A stretch of 63,459 nt of DNA, the filler included, from Perkinsus chesapeaki ATCC PRA-425 (taxonomy: Eukaryota > Protista > Perkinsozoa), in the NCBI GenBank assembly GCA_013115145.1. It is 6 parts of 6 records of this genome, joined end to end, with 100 filler letters (N's around TTAATTAATTAA, not from the genome) between each part and the next. Parts side by side here need not be neighbours in the genome. Positions count along the whole stretch, not along the records: positions 1 to 30,536 come from JAAPAO010000435.1; 5 more parts are not named here. One strand, 5' to 3'. The notes under the pieces were generated by a model. That model was not told where the DNA came from. It did no database searches and was given only the letters and a program-made list of their open reading frames with translations. Positions within the stretch are counted from its first letter, which is position 1, and each line of letters begins with the position of its first letter. Below are positions 11,950-24,939 of the stretch, in pieces. The translations under genes were made by a program, and so were the position numbers.

Positions 11950-14623
11950 CTTGTAGGAGGTCGTTAAGCTCATCCTTTAGCTGAAACCTGAGAGTAAGCT
12001 CTATAAGGGTAGCATGTGCACCAACTGATAGGGGGGCATTTACTGATGACTGTGCCTAACAACAAGATAACCGCGTAAACTTGCCGCCGCCGCTCCCACA
12101 GTAGAATCCTCATGGTCTTCATCTTCTGCTGCTGCCCTACCCTCCTCATTAGCCTCACTAGCTTCCCCGACCTACACCGACACAGCTATCCGTCATTATC
12201 TTATGTCAAGTACGTCACATTGAGGTTCTGACTCAACTGCTCGTATTTGGTGCAGATCTTCTCTATACAATTCAAGTACTTCCTACCATATTCTATAACC
12301 TACCAAGTAACGTTGAACAACTTGTGGCACCACGACAGCAGCAGCAGCAGCAGCAGCACCCACTTCCTTCAGTAACTCTACCCTCATATTGTGTAGTAAA
12401 CTGTACTGCTCTGCTGCTGCTGCTGATCCTGGTTCGTCCGTATTATCGTCATCTACAATCAAGAACTAACCCATGCAGCGCCCGACCAGGACTTGGTCGC
12501 TCGCAAAATAGAAAAAGGCTTAGATTAGTATGTCTTACCATCTCCACCATCTGAGGCCGGGTGTATTATTCTTGATAATGGTACTTTTAATATCTCTAGA
12601 AGGAAGTCCATTGGAGATATCTACCATTCACAACTGCTTCATTCAACACCTTCGACCTTTACGCCACCACCACCTTACATCACAGCAACTACTATCATCA
12701 CTTATACCCATCTGCTCCAACAAAGCTGCACATGCCCCGGGGGACACTTTACCATTTGCAAAGCTGTTAGCCCAAAATTCATACCTGTGGCCCATGTAAG
12801 GTTACACTTACATAAGCAATAGTGTTACTTCACATGTAAACCCTTAACGATTAGCTTTGCCTTATCTATTATCTGCTGACGATGAGCTGGTACCGGTTGT
12901 GCCAGGTTCTCTAGTTTCTGTAAATCATCTAATAGTTAGTTGCTGTGTGCAACTCTGGTGTACTTTCCTTACCAATGCTTTTAACAGCTTCCTCTGCTAC
13001 TTTTAATGCATTGTGGTAAGTATTGAGTAGCCCCTCCTTATGAGGACTACTCTCAACACAGCAACAAAGAGTGGTATATAACTGTACAAGCCAGAGGGCA
13101 TATCTAATGGTAAGTATCTTGGGAGCTTTATGTCACCCTACTACTTTGTATCTCTAAGTGTAGGACATGCCTCTATTGCTCGTATTATATAAGCCATATG
13201 CTTTATTGCAATATTTGCTATGTTATGGTTTATAGAGAATATTGCTATATGATAGACAATTGATGATGATGTAAGGACTCCAAGGTAAAGATGGTCCTTT
13301 AGGTTAGTACCCTTTACAGTTGCTCTAAATTAAACATTATCTTATCTACACATTCCTTATGACCTCTTAACATACCTTTCAAATATAAATTCTATTACTA
13401 TACAAGCCTCCTTCATTAATCTATCACATTCATTTCTGAGTTCCATTCTGTTTAATGGTATAGGCTGCTGCCGTGTAAGCTTTTCCCATTCCTTTGATAT
13501 GCGTTCTACTTCACCGTCCTGTTTTATAATTAATGTGTGAGTGCTCATGCCGCCCACATTACGATTATGTCTCCAGCAATTCTAAGTTGTTCCTCAGGGT
13601 TAGTCCCTTCCTTGCACTTTTTGAAAACCCTTCTCCGTTTAACAGCTTCCATCAGAGTTTTCTCCTCATCACCCTTGTCCATGGTCAATACACCACCACC
13701 ACAACAAGAAGAAGAAGAACAATGTAACCCTGTTTAATTAGTAGTGTAATCAACGACTGCGCACAACTCTATATCAACCACGACTACAAGTAGTACCATG
13801 ATCATGATCAAGTCATGCGAGTGTCTATATATGTTTGTAAAGTCATAGGAAGGCCTCTTGTAAGGGCTCTATCAGGTGCTTGAGGTAGACCGGGTGCAGT
13901 CTCCATACGAAGTAGTTGTTGAAGGCTGGCAACACTCTCATCAACCGTTCGAACTGCTCTTAGAATCTAACAGCAACAACATAAACCAACCAGCAGTTAG
14001 CAGAACTGTGTACATCTGGATTCCTGGCTGCCGCTTCGACTAGATCATCTCCTGCTTTCTTAACTGATTTGTAATATCCTAGAATCTACCAACAACAACA
14101 ATAGCTAGTAACCACATCCCGACCATTCTGTGCATATCTCACCGAGTTTGGATAACCTTGATTTGTACTCGATAGCTCTCTTGGTAAAGTCGTTCTTAAA
14201 GTATCCAATGTAGGTAATCGGAAGGGTTTAGGATCCCAACGTTCCTTCTCAACTTGCCGGGTAGCTTCCCAAGACTTAACCGCACGAGCATGAGAAGCTT
14301 TGGTAATACGATGAACATTGCTTACTGGTAGGTCCTTCAAGTCATGAGCAAACATTTTCCGCCGCCAAACAGATTTTAGGACACCTCGCTCATCAGACGG
14401 TTCTTGTCTACACCCATTACTTTGATTTATTGATGATGTTATGGACTAAATGGAAAAGTAGATCTCTTGACTGGCTGCTGTGTTGTTGTCCTACTGTTGG
14501 TGGAGGCATCAGAGATGGGCAAGACTGATGCTGATGCTTATGCTTCAATATCATTCTTTTATTCCCTTTTTTATGTAAATATCGAATGTGTTTATCTATG
14601 TTAGTATTAGAAGAATAAGTCAA
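11950..14623 (-). CDS. Multi-exon hypothetical protein with coiled-coil segments
   Basis: Exon-like frames DGEVERISKEWEKLTRQQPIPLNRMELRNECDRLMKEAC, LRAVRTVDESVASLQQLLRME, the ORF 14086-14355 and LDDLQKLENLAQPVP. It may join the downstream segments. Confidence 0.4.
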
Positions 14624-14858
14624 CGACTAGTTCACAATGACCTGATGTAATTAGCCTCGCTCTATTAGACTCCTCATCGGAAGCCTAACAAAGGAGGATA
14701 ATCCATTGGTGTTATGAGAGAACAACAACGACAACAACAACATGTGTAGAAGTTGACAACATAAAGTCGTCGACAAGAGGATCAATTAACCCTCCTCTTG
14801 AACGCGACCTCATGTTGGATGAAGAATTCACAGTTCAACGGGTTCCCATTGCACAAGC

Positions 14859-14932
14859 GCTGGAATGGTCTAGTTGGTTATGACGACTGCCTAACACGCA
14901 GTAGGTCCCGAGTTCGATTCTCGGTTCCAGTA
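14859..14932 (+). tRNA. tRNA-Val(AAC)
   Basis: GCTGGAA acceptor pairs with TTCCAGT; ACTGC CT AAC AC GCAGT anticodon arm; CCGAG TTCGATT CTCGG T-arm. Confidence 0.96.
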
Positions 14933-15289
14933 TTCTCAACGTATCATTTATTGATTCCATACTAACATTCTTTCAAAACATTTCCATCCCGAGCATAATA
15001 AGATAGCGCCCCCATCTTACAAGAAGTGCTTGTAAAGCAGATTCTATATCACTATCTTGCACATTTATACCTGACCATCATCATAGTCATGACGAACCAC
15101 CAGCAGCTGCACCATATGCCCGAACAAACCTTTATCAAATCTATCACCGGAAGTAGTTCGATGTCGAGAAGACATTTGAGGTATGTCGGCAAAAGCCTGT
15201 ATTGTACTTAAGAAGTCTAATTGATAAGCAACGACACTGTATATCTGGATGACGACTTAATGATGATGATGATGATGTCCATCGGCATG

Positions 15290-16916
15290 TCACTGTTTTC
15301 GACATGCTTTCATGAGACTTGATGCAAGCTGCTGTCGAAGATCTGATCCACTTATACCGGAGCTTATACCGGTCTACATCAAACTCTACACATTACAAAG
15401 CTGCAGCTAGCTACCTCCGAGCTACTGCTGCTGCCGGCAGCAGCAGCAACGCCCTCTGGAGGCGTTCCGGAAATGGTCGCGATTGGTCTATTGGAACTAC
15501 CAGCAAGTCTATTGTGTGATTGAGCCGCCGCCCTAAACTCCAATGATATTACCTTTGGCCTTGCTGCTGCTGCTGTTGACTTAAAAAACGATCTCTTTGT
15601 CGCCTTAGATGCTCTGCTCGAGCTGAGGTGTCAGAATGCATAAATGATTTTTTTACTCATAACATTATTAATAATACCTTCCAGCTCTTCTTTTGTTGGC
15701 TTCTTTCGTGTAACATCAGCAACGGCAATCTCCTCATTATCTATCTGATTAGATGCTTGCTGTGGCATCCTATCTGGAGAAGGAGTAGACGTTACGCCCT
15801 ATTGCTAAATGAAGATGCGTTTCACCTTTGACCTCTGGGGTGGTCTGCTCCTCCTCCTTCTCTTCGCCCTGTTGAGTAATGACCTCCTCAGGTGTTTTCA
15901 TTTCCTCTGCATCCCCTCTAGACTGTTGCTGCTCTAATAGGCTTAATTCTATTGCACGTTGAAGCTCCTGTTCCTCTGACGAAGATATTATATCCAGATA
16001 TATGCTGCAATTCGTATTTATTAAATACATCAAACCAGATTGTTGTAACAAGGGGACAGCACCACTATGGAACAGCAAAAAGCTATTTACCGATTTCCTT
16101 CCCCAGCTTGGGAATATTAGAACTTCGACTTAGATTTGAGATGCTTTAGAGGCACAAAAGCTACTCAGTTACTCTCTTTTGTAACCACCATTAACCCAAC
16201 GTAACTACCTAATCCCTGTTGATCAGCCATTTGTCGACTTTGTCTTAATGCTTCTTCTAGTTGCCTCTCATCTTCATCATTATCAATACTAAGATATGTA
16301 TTTCATCAATAAGAGGACTTGAATGTACGTCTACCTAGGTGAGGATGGTTCCTGTAAAGTATCCTCCTGGTTGGCACCTAATATAACCTGATATAACATC
16401 ATCTAGCCGCACTACCGCCTTGTTCAAGCTCTCGTCGACGACTTAGCATGAGCTCTTTAAACTCTAGAAAGTCTTCCGTGGCTAATAAACTGAAATATGA
16501 TTTATGATGTAAATGATAGAGGCAACCATCCTACCGTCGAAGAACATCGCCACATTCGTCATCTCCATCTAAACCATCCAAACATACTTGTGCGAATAGG
16601 TCTGGTTGAATACCTATCAACATTGTAATAACTTCAAAAGGGCTACTGTAAGAATGTAAGATGACTTAGTTCAGCCAAATGGTCCTCAAGTAGCTTATCC
16701 ACCAATCCTTTAAACTCAATATGAAGTTCTGTATACTCTAGTTTATTCTCACAAGTGTCGGCATCGAACCCCATACAATGTTTATCTATAAATTGTGCAA
16801 TAGGTATCTAAATAACATTAAATAAGCCGGTACAAACTTAATACTCCTACAGTCCAAGACGGACTCTGCATACATTGAACTATGTAATCTCGAAGCCAAG
16901 ATACTTCTTCTTCCAT
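15290..16916 (-). CDS. CFAP36/CCDC104-like protein (BART/ARL2-binding domain + UIM-like motif), spliced
   Basis: Exons give MEEEVSWLRDYIVQCMQSPSWTVGVLS/FIDKHCMGFDADTCENKLEYTELHIEFKGLVDKLLEDHLAEL/GIQPDLFAQVCLDGL (BART signature) and EEQELQRAIELSLLEQQ. The 3' end is approximate. Confidence 0.8.
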
Positions 16917-16949
16917 TACAACTTAAATTACAAGATGCGTTGTTAATAA

Positions 16950-17400
16950 TAGGTTACGATGATAGAGCGCAGTTTACATATCGCTCGCCCTAAACTATAT
17001 CTACACTTTTGAAGATCCACCCCGAATACAGTATTACCGGGAGGAACGACAAAGCTTACCCCAAAAACTGGAAGCTGGAGTTCTTTGTTACTAAAGGCCT
17101 GAACTCCTTAATAACACCGCACTCTAAAGTTGGGCAAGAGAGTGACGACACTCCAGCTGCAAAGTACTGTTTAAGGTCTTTTAGCAATATACTAGACATC
17201 AAAGTATCAAAGAAGCTCAGGAAAAGCTTCAAGAAGCTTTTCCACTGTGCTTCCTTCAAGAAGCACAGTGGTTCTAGCAGGACAGTATTTTCTGGTCCGG
17301 GAAAAAATCGATAAAATTTATTATCGCTTTTATTTTTTGCTGTTTCACAGCATCGCTCGAGACCCGGCACGGCCATACCATGTACCCAGTTGTACACTAA
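16950..17400 (+). CDS. Possible small spliced hypothetical gene
   Basis: Exon-like frames FEDPPRIQYYREERQSLPQKLEAG, LGKRVTTLQLQ and RHQSIKEAQEKLQEAFPLCFLQEA. The coding strand is not certain. Confidence 0.25.
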
Positions 17401-17669
17401 ATGCACTGCACTCATTATAACACTGGAATTTACGCCTATACTGCTAGTTGCACGCATGACATGTTGTGACACATGCCTGTGTCGTGTCGGCGGCGGTGGT
17501 GCTGCGCAAATCAACTGTTAATGCACAGTCCTTCATGTGGTGCCATATTTAACCATCATTACAGTCCACTAGTCCATCCGCTAACCATTCATCTTAATTA
17601 GATAGAATTAAACAATCATACAGGTCTACTGGTGTTCCTATTGATATTTGTAGGAAAAGTTCCTCACTA

Positions 17670-18544
17670 ATGACGGATAACAAACGAAAGCACGGATCCA
17701 GCAAATCTGGGCTCAAGGGTCGAACTTATGGTGCACACAAATGGCATATGAGTGAGCAGTCATTAAATCATGAATACTTGATGTGTATTTAGCACATCCA
17801 CCACCAGGAAGCAGTACATTTGTACAGGAAAGGTTCAAGGAAATGAAGTTAGCTTTTGAACTATCTGACGAAGATCATGATGGTTACCTTACTAAGGCTC
17901 AAGCAGTAGGCTTCGACGATCACACCACTTTTTTTATCAAATTACGATTAGGCTGATTGGTTCAGGATTGTAGGGTTCTGTATGACAACATCAGCGATAG
18001 ATAATTTGATACTGTCCCGTATAGTGACCAACCACAACTTTAATAAGTAATATAACCCTTCTCATGTCGTGGATTAGGATAGTACCAGGTTCAATTTCCG
18101 GGAGATCCTTCAAGCCGCCGATAAAAGCCAGAAGCTGCATGGTTTTGATCTTGATACAGTCAACGATGCTCTGAATGTAGGAGTCTGATTGTTCAACTTG
18201 TAGATATGTATATAGGCCTTGTCAACTCCTAAAGCATCAGCTTCTTACTCACCGACATTGCCTTCGGGACGAGTTGCTAGATCACGATTACGAGAAGCTT
18301 TGACAACATTTGGTGAAGAGCCTCTCACTGAGGAAGAGTTTGATCTATTGATGAAGGTGGTTTTCAGTGTAAGTGAATCACCAGTGAACGCTGTGTCAGA
18401 TTCTTGGAGTCGGGGAGTCTGATTTTCCATCAAATCATCTTGATCAACGTAGACTTAGCGAGCAGATTGTTGGTAAGCCACCGTTTGGCGTATCATAAAG
18501 TATATCTTATCAAGCCTTCTACTCCTACGAACTATGAAATGTAG
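17670..18544 (+). CDS. EF-hand calmodulin/myosin-light-chain-like protein, spliced
   Basis: ERFKEMKLAFELSDEDHDGYLTKAQA (EF-hand loop) and GRVARSRLREALTTFGEEPLTEEEFDLLMK. The 3' end is approximate. Confidence 0.8.
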
Positions 18545-19134
18545 TCCTTGTCCCCGTGCTTCTATTTCTATAATGTTAGTCATCCAAATGCTATAGTCAA
18601 TTATCGTCCAGTATACCATTATTCACATCCACAGGTTGAGTATCAACTTCTAATGGAAAGCGTTTAGCTATCAGCTACTCGCTGTATTGAATGCTAACTT
18701 ACTGCTAATGACTGAACTGGATGATTGACAAACCTTTTTTAGGCATACTTGATGGAAGTACTAAAGTCGACAACGAGTCTTTAGAAGGTCATGATATATT
18801 GAGATAGCTTGGATTCATGAGCATCCTCTATAATAACCGATATTGTCAGTTTATAGACTTGTGTTGACGATAGTGGAAACCTGCCATGTGTAATCGAGAA
18901 CGGAACAAGCTAGCTTTGCCGAGGAGACAGCGGACACAAAAAGTTTGCGTCAACTCAACCAACTGCCGTAACGGAATTTCATTAACATTTTATCAACAGT
19001 TATCATATGGAAGTGTATGCTAGCAGCGATAGACTAGCCGCTAGGAGCACGGGAGGAAATGCTCAGCGCTCGATCGTATCTAATACATACTGGGTTTATT
19101 ATGAACAGTTAAAGGCTGCCATTGTCCTCTTTTA

Positions 19135-20877
19135 ATGGATAACTCGGGACCATTATCTCCACAAGACTATTATTCTCAAAGTCGACTAGCAAGGCTACGG
19201 TATCGACTAAAATACGAGCCAAGGAGGATATTAGACTTGTCTCTGATATTCATAAGCATTTTCATCGAATGGTTGGGTAACACTTTATTAGCACCTATAA
19301 CACCATGGTATATTACACCCCTACTAAGCATGCCGTAATCGACTAGCAGGTATATCGAGAAGCTAGCACCTGATATGGACGAGGGTTCAGCGGCTTCAAT
19401 ACTGATGGCCTCCTATGCTGTTGGAACATTTTTAGCATCACTTTTCACGGGACCCTTGTCTGATAGGTGCATATCAATGGATTCAGTGTGTGAGTTAGAC
19501 ATCTTTCAGGATCGGCCGGAGACCTATTCTAATAGCGGCTATGTTTCTTTATACTTCCTCACAGTTCGCTGCTGCCAATGCATGGAATATAACTACCTTT
19601 GCTATCTTCAGAGCAATTGGTGGTGTATCAGCAGGTTTGCTAAATACTGGAGTCTATCGTGCATTACATCGCAGGTACGAGACCGGTGATAATGGCCTAT
19701 TTGACGGATACAAGTCGACCAGATGATATGAAGTTGTACGGTGTGTTAATGGGCTTGTTTGTTGTAACAGGTCAAGCTCTGGGCCCTATGTTAGGTAAGT
19801 TGAATGCATAACTATCATTATGTACAACTATGCTATCAGGTGGAGCCTTAGCAAGTGTTACTTTATCTTTTCCTTTTTATTTTCTTGGAGGAGTATCTGT
19901 AGTTCTACTCATATTATTGGTCATATTCCTACGAGAATCGCTTGTTAAAGATGAGAATGGCCGTCCCCGGAGCATTTGGGGTGCCGGTCAGATTGCCGAG
20001 CCACCTAACAACAAATATCTTGTACCAACTGTTCTTTGTCTAGCAACTGCTTCCTTTAGCGGACAGTAAGCCCTACACAGTTAACTGGTTTTGGGCATAT
20101 TAATTTTAGGTATGTGTTTTCGAGCTGGACTACGGTATTTGGCCTGTTGGGTGCTGACCGTTACGATCTTTCCTCATCATCCAATGGAGCAGTATTGGGT
20201 GTTCAAGCTATTGTGGTGATCCTAGTGAATCTTGTCTATTTGCCGATAACTCGTAATATTTCCATTTGATGTCTTTAATTGCTATTATTAGATGTTTTGG
20301 CACCGGCTCTTGTCGGTTGCATCGGTCACTTATTATGTGCCCTTCTAATAATAGTGCCTTTTATCTATAATCTCTATCTCACCATTGCCTTAGGAATGGC
20401 ATTGAATGTTGGATGTAAGAAGCCTATCATTCTCAATCTCCCTATCATAACCTATTTAGGTGGTCTATATTTCGCTGGTATGGCATATTTTAACTCAGTA
20501 GTGGCCCCCCCAAAGCAGAGGGGTCTTATTAACTCGTTAGTTATGAGTATGGCTAACCTTGGTAATATCCAACAATACCAGTGCTATCTATATATGCTTT
20601 TAGGTGGTATTTTTGGTCCCCTTATAGCTGGTCCATTATATGATATGGATCCCATTCATCGAGCTTATCCCTTTTATCTCAGTGCAGGTATATCAGTTGT
20701 CGGTGGAACTGCCTGTAAGCTTTACATTGCTGCTGTTGCATTCTGCTGGTTATTCATCACCTTTCAGGTTTAGGCATCCATAAAGCCCTGATCTATGCCC
20801 TCTCGCTTGTATCTCAAACGGGAACAAGAAAAGTTGAAACGAATGATGATGAAATGAACCACAACCATGCACCATAA
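19135..20877 (+). CDS. MFS transporter, DHA1/TetA-like (paralogue 1 of 4), spliced
   Basis: Motif A split by an intron (GPLSDR/IGRRP), FAIFRAIGG (motif B), motif C GQALGPMLGG, hydrophobic helices, and RGLINS...GGIFGPLIAGPLYD. Confidence 0.9.
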
Positions 20878-21094
20878 GATTCTATGGTTACTTTGTTGTT
20901 CCTATCTTTATGTTCTAAATGTCTCCTACCTGCATTAGATGTTTATCGTGCCGCTTTGCAAACCAATCATACAGATATGTTGCTTGAGTTACGAATGTAA
21001 GAACGGTAACGTTGAAAGTATAGGAAGCATGCCCCAGCATGAACTCCTCCATTGATGTCCGTTTATGCCTATGTTAGATTTTTTCAAAGTAAAA

Positions 21095-21131
21095 CGACCC
21101 TACATGGGATTCGAACCTACGACCTTTCGAT
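21095..21131 (-). pseudogene. Orphan, slightly degenerate tRNA 3' half
   Basis: Minus strand ATCGAA AGGTC GTAGG TTCGAAT CCCAT GTAGGGTCG followed by TTTT. B-box intact, one T-stem mismatch, no 5' half upstream. Confidence 0.5.
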
Positions 21132-21258
21132 GTCGAGCGGGAATTCATTTTCCAATCTTGTTCGTCCAAAAAGTTGGCTTGCGGCATTTCTTTAAGAAAT
21201 TTTCTTACCCGTTTTAATCATTTTTTATGTTTGCGTTTATTAGGGATATGTGATTACA

Positions 21259-22626
21259 ATGCATTATGGCAGTGTCGCAGTAAACAAGGAATGCTCCGAT
21301 ATCGAGAAGGGCCCCGATGTGACCAACACCGACAACGCATTGTGGAATTTGGGTGTCATCTGCCTCATTATAGCATCTTTATCATTCGCTATTATGAGTC
21401 TATTAGTGGCCCATATATCATTGTCCATACCAATCTATATAATATTACTGAGTCGTAGTATTATACAGACAATATTAGCTCTAGTAGGATGTAAATTAGT
21501 TGGGAAATCACCATGGGTATTTGATACCAATGAGTTGTTACTATTGGTTATTTCAAGAGGTTTTGTGGGTTCCTTATCCACTCTCATGAGGTAAGTCCAT
21601 TGACTATTAACCATTGAGCTGTATTATCATAGTAGGTTCGCGTCTGTATCTATGATACCACTGGGAGAGTCCATGGCCATACATGGAACACATTCGGCAT
21701 TTTCGTTAGTATTCTCTTGGACATTACTTCATCAACCTATAAGACCATATCAGATATTAACCGTGTTATCGGTTAGTATTGGAGTAATGTCATCTTTTAT
21801 ATATGCCGCCTTATCCATTGTGTAGGTGTTGATTTTGGTCAATACAACACAAGCGTCATCTACCACATTGGTTTATCACAAGTCTAAGGCCTACTATGGG
21901 GTTATATTCGCACTTTGCGGTAGCTTGATGGCATCTTGGGTATATATAACAGTAACAAAAGCTGGAGATAGAGTAGTATCGTTATTTATGCAATAGAATA
22001 AAATGGTCATTCTTAGGCCCACTGGTGTCAGTTAACGCTTTGGTATGGTATATGTGGTGCAATAGTATCAACAATTATGTGTTTTTATTATCACTTATGG
22101 ATGCCTCCTATTCATTTATCTATACCTAACTGCATTATGCTAGTATTAATAGGAATAATATCATTTATCGGGCAGACTATGTTTAATATTGGTAGTAACT
22201 ACCAATAGTAGTACTAGTATAGTAATTACTAATACCAACACTACAATTAGTCTCTTACAAAGTATTTCGAGGGTTTAAAAGCCCCCTATTCCTGCTGCTT
22301 GAATATAAAGGAAAATTTTTCTCTTAGGAAAATGGTTTTTAGGGAAAATTAAGGATTACATAGTACATTCCCTCTCGGAGCATGTTGCACATCGCTGACC
22401 TTGTTTTTAGGTCTTCAATATACATCATCGGCAGTTACAAGTTCTATAGTTCGCCAGTTGGACGTGGTGTTCGGTTTTACATTACAGGTAATCAACAATT
22501 GAGTATCATTCATATCATATGTTCTAGTTACTCATACAGCATCATCCCATTTCGATAAGTAGTGCGTGCGGTGCTGTCATTATTGTAGTAGCTCTCACCA
22601 TGGAGAGCTTACTCAAGGGTTGGTAA
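21259..22626 (+). CDS. EamA/DMT-superfamily (SLC35G-like) transporter, spliced
   Basis: LGVICLIIASLSFAIMSLLVAH...ILLSRSIIQ...LLVISRGFVGSLSTLM, PLGESMAIHGTHSAFSLVFSWTLL and final exon ISSACGAVIIVVALTMESLLKGW*. Confidence 0.85.
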
Positions 22627-22754
22627 TATACAATCCATAACTGCCATAATATGGCAGCAGCAGCAACAACCATGATGTTGTGAAATACATTAAAAGTTAT
22701 TTTGTGTTCATAGTAGTACTGTGATGGGTGGATAGTTTCTGTATTCCTTTAAAT

Positions 22755-24921
22755 ATGGTATATGTCCATAAAGGTCCTATGAGTCTTGATGATTATATCA
22801 AGATGAATAGATTCCATCGTTTAATATACCAACTAAGATACGATCCTAGAAGAGTCTTGGATCTTACACTACTATTAGTTAGTTTATTCGTTGAATGGTG
22901 TGGAACAGCATTGGTAGCACCTTTAACACCATGGTAATAATAATTAGTCATATCTTTTAATTATATCATCAGGCTTGTTAAAGATCTAGATCCATCTATG
23001 GATGAAGGAAGCGCTGCATCTATCTTTATGGCATCCTTCTCCTTAGGCACTCTAATAGCCTCATTGGTCACAGGGCCATTATCGGATAAGTACACTTTTT
23101 ATTGTGTCAATAGCCTCAATACACTTATACTTTTTATAGATTTGGCAGACGTCCTATATTCCTAGGAGCTATGCTAATATATACTATATCTTATTTTCTT
23201 GTTGCTAATGCTTGGGATATCGCTAGTTTTGCTGGTTTTCGTGCATTAGGAGGAGTATCTGCTGGTAATACTACTAGGATTATAGCTCACCATCATTTTA
23301 TATAAGGTACTCGGCCTGTACTGTATGCCTTTATAACTGATAGCAGCCGACAAGAGGATATGAGATTCTATGGTTCATGTATATCTATCTGTAATACTGT
23401 TGGTGGTGCATTAGGACCAACAATTGGTAATATAACTGGGCACGTGTATTCTATTATCAGTTAGCCTTAAATTCCAACTAGAGCAGACTGCTAAATATAT
23501 AATATACAACAGAATCCTAAACCCTTAGGAGTAGTATAAATAGAATAAACCCTCGCAACGGAGCAATCTGGTCTTTTTGTGGTTAGTTTTACTCGGTATT
23601 AGATTACTTCCCCTAATATTGCTTCACTTTCCTCCTTATAGATTATCATTATTACTACTTAATAACTCTACGGCTCTTCTATGGCAGGTGGTTGGCTGGC
23701 TAGTGTTGGCATGTCATTTCCCTTCTACTTTATGGGAGTTGTTGCTGCCGTATTATTCATATTGGAATTTCTATTTCTACGAGAGACGAAGCCTTGGGAG
23801 AATAAACCCAAATGGTTAACACTTGAATATTATGAATGTTGGAAACAGAACCCTAGAACTAACGTCACTGATGATGATGAGGGTAAGCTTATCAGCATTA
23901 TAAAGGATACATTGTAATATGACATCTCAGCAATAAGCAACGATGCCACTGTTGCTTCTGGTAATACGGTAAATGCACAGCATAGCGGTCCGGAGAATCC
24001 TGAGAAGGCATTATCCCCCATGGACCAAGCCAAAGATATGAGCTTGGGGAAATGGTCGAAAAAGAACAAGTGGTTTATACCAACACTTATTTGCTTATGT
24101 CTTGCCGCCTTTGCAGGACAGTAATAACAGATTTGCGATGCATGATGATGTTGTTGATGTTGAGACATTTCATTACTGTATTTAGGTATACAGGAAACTC
24201 TTGGTCTACAGTATTTGGTGTACTTGGAGCGGATAGATATAATCTATCAGAGCAACAAAATGGTGAAGCTATGGGAATCCAGGCTGTTGTTGTTATTGTA
24301 TGTACAATCCTATACATATACGTCTCAGGTAGTAGTAATAGTGACCATTACTCATCGGCTTATTATTCTTGAATCAGATAAGATTCGCCCAGGCATGGTA
24401 GCTGCCTTCGGGTTCTGTCTAGTTGTTCTAGCTGTCATTGTACCCTTTATATACTCTTTATGGGGTACTATTGTAATTGGTATGTGCGTGTATGTTGGAG
24501 GTAAGATATAAGGATACAACCCAAAGGAGTATTATTTCTAATAGTTACATTCTTCTTTGCGGGTATGGCCTATTGTAGTGCACTAATATCACCACCAAAG
24601 AGTAGAGGTCTTATCAACTCTATATCAATGGGTATGACCAATGTTGGTAAGTATAATCCATCAAACCTTCTTTAAATCTTATCGTTATACCCATAACATC
24701 ATAATCAGGTGGTGTATTGGGCCCATTAGTTGGTGGACAGCTATATGATTTGAATGTAGCTGATCCATATTATGTTATGTGTGGTCTAGGCGTCCTTGGT
24801 ATAGCATCAAGTAATACTGTAGACTATATATTATTAATATCATATATAATAAACTTTAGGTATAGTCATTACTGGTGGTACTACATACACTGAAAAGCTT
24901 CTAGGCGTTAACTCAAGCTAA
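22755..24921 (+). CDS. MFS transporter, DHA1/TetA-like (paralogue 2), spliced
   Basis: Same N-terminus (KGPMSLDDY...RYDPRRVLDL...VEWCGTALVAPLTPW) and same intron positions as paralogue 1; GPLSDK/FGRRP. Confidence 0.9.
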
Positions 24922-24939
24922 TGTATCTGTTAGATCCAT

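Noticed and set aside
17056-17514. ORF with LSCPTLECG as an RBR-type RING
   Set aside because: Most zinc ligands are missing, and splice-like signals favour the plus strand.
17705-17717. ATCTGGGCTCAAG resembling the end of the perkinsid/dinoflagellate spliced leader
   Set aside because: It lies inside the first coding exon (SKSGLK), has an extra G, and lacks the CCGTAGCC 5' part. No spliced-leader relic was found, including upstream of the intronless LicD genes.
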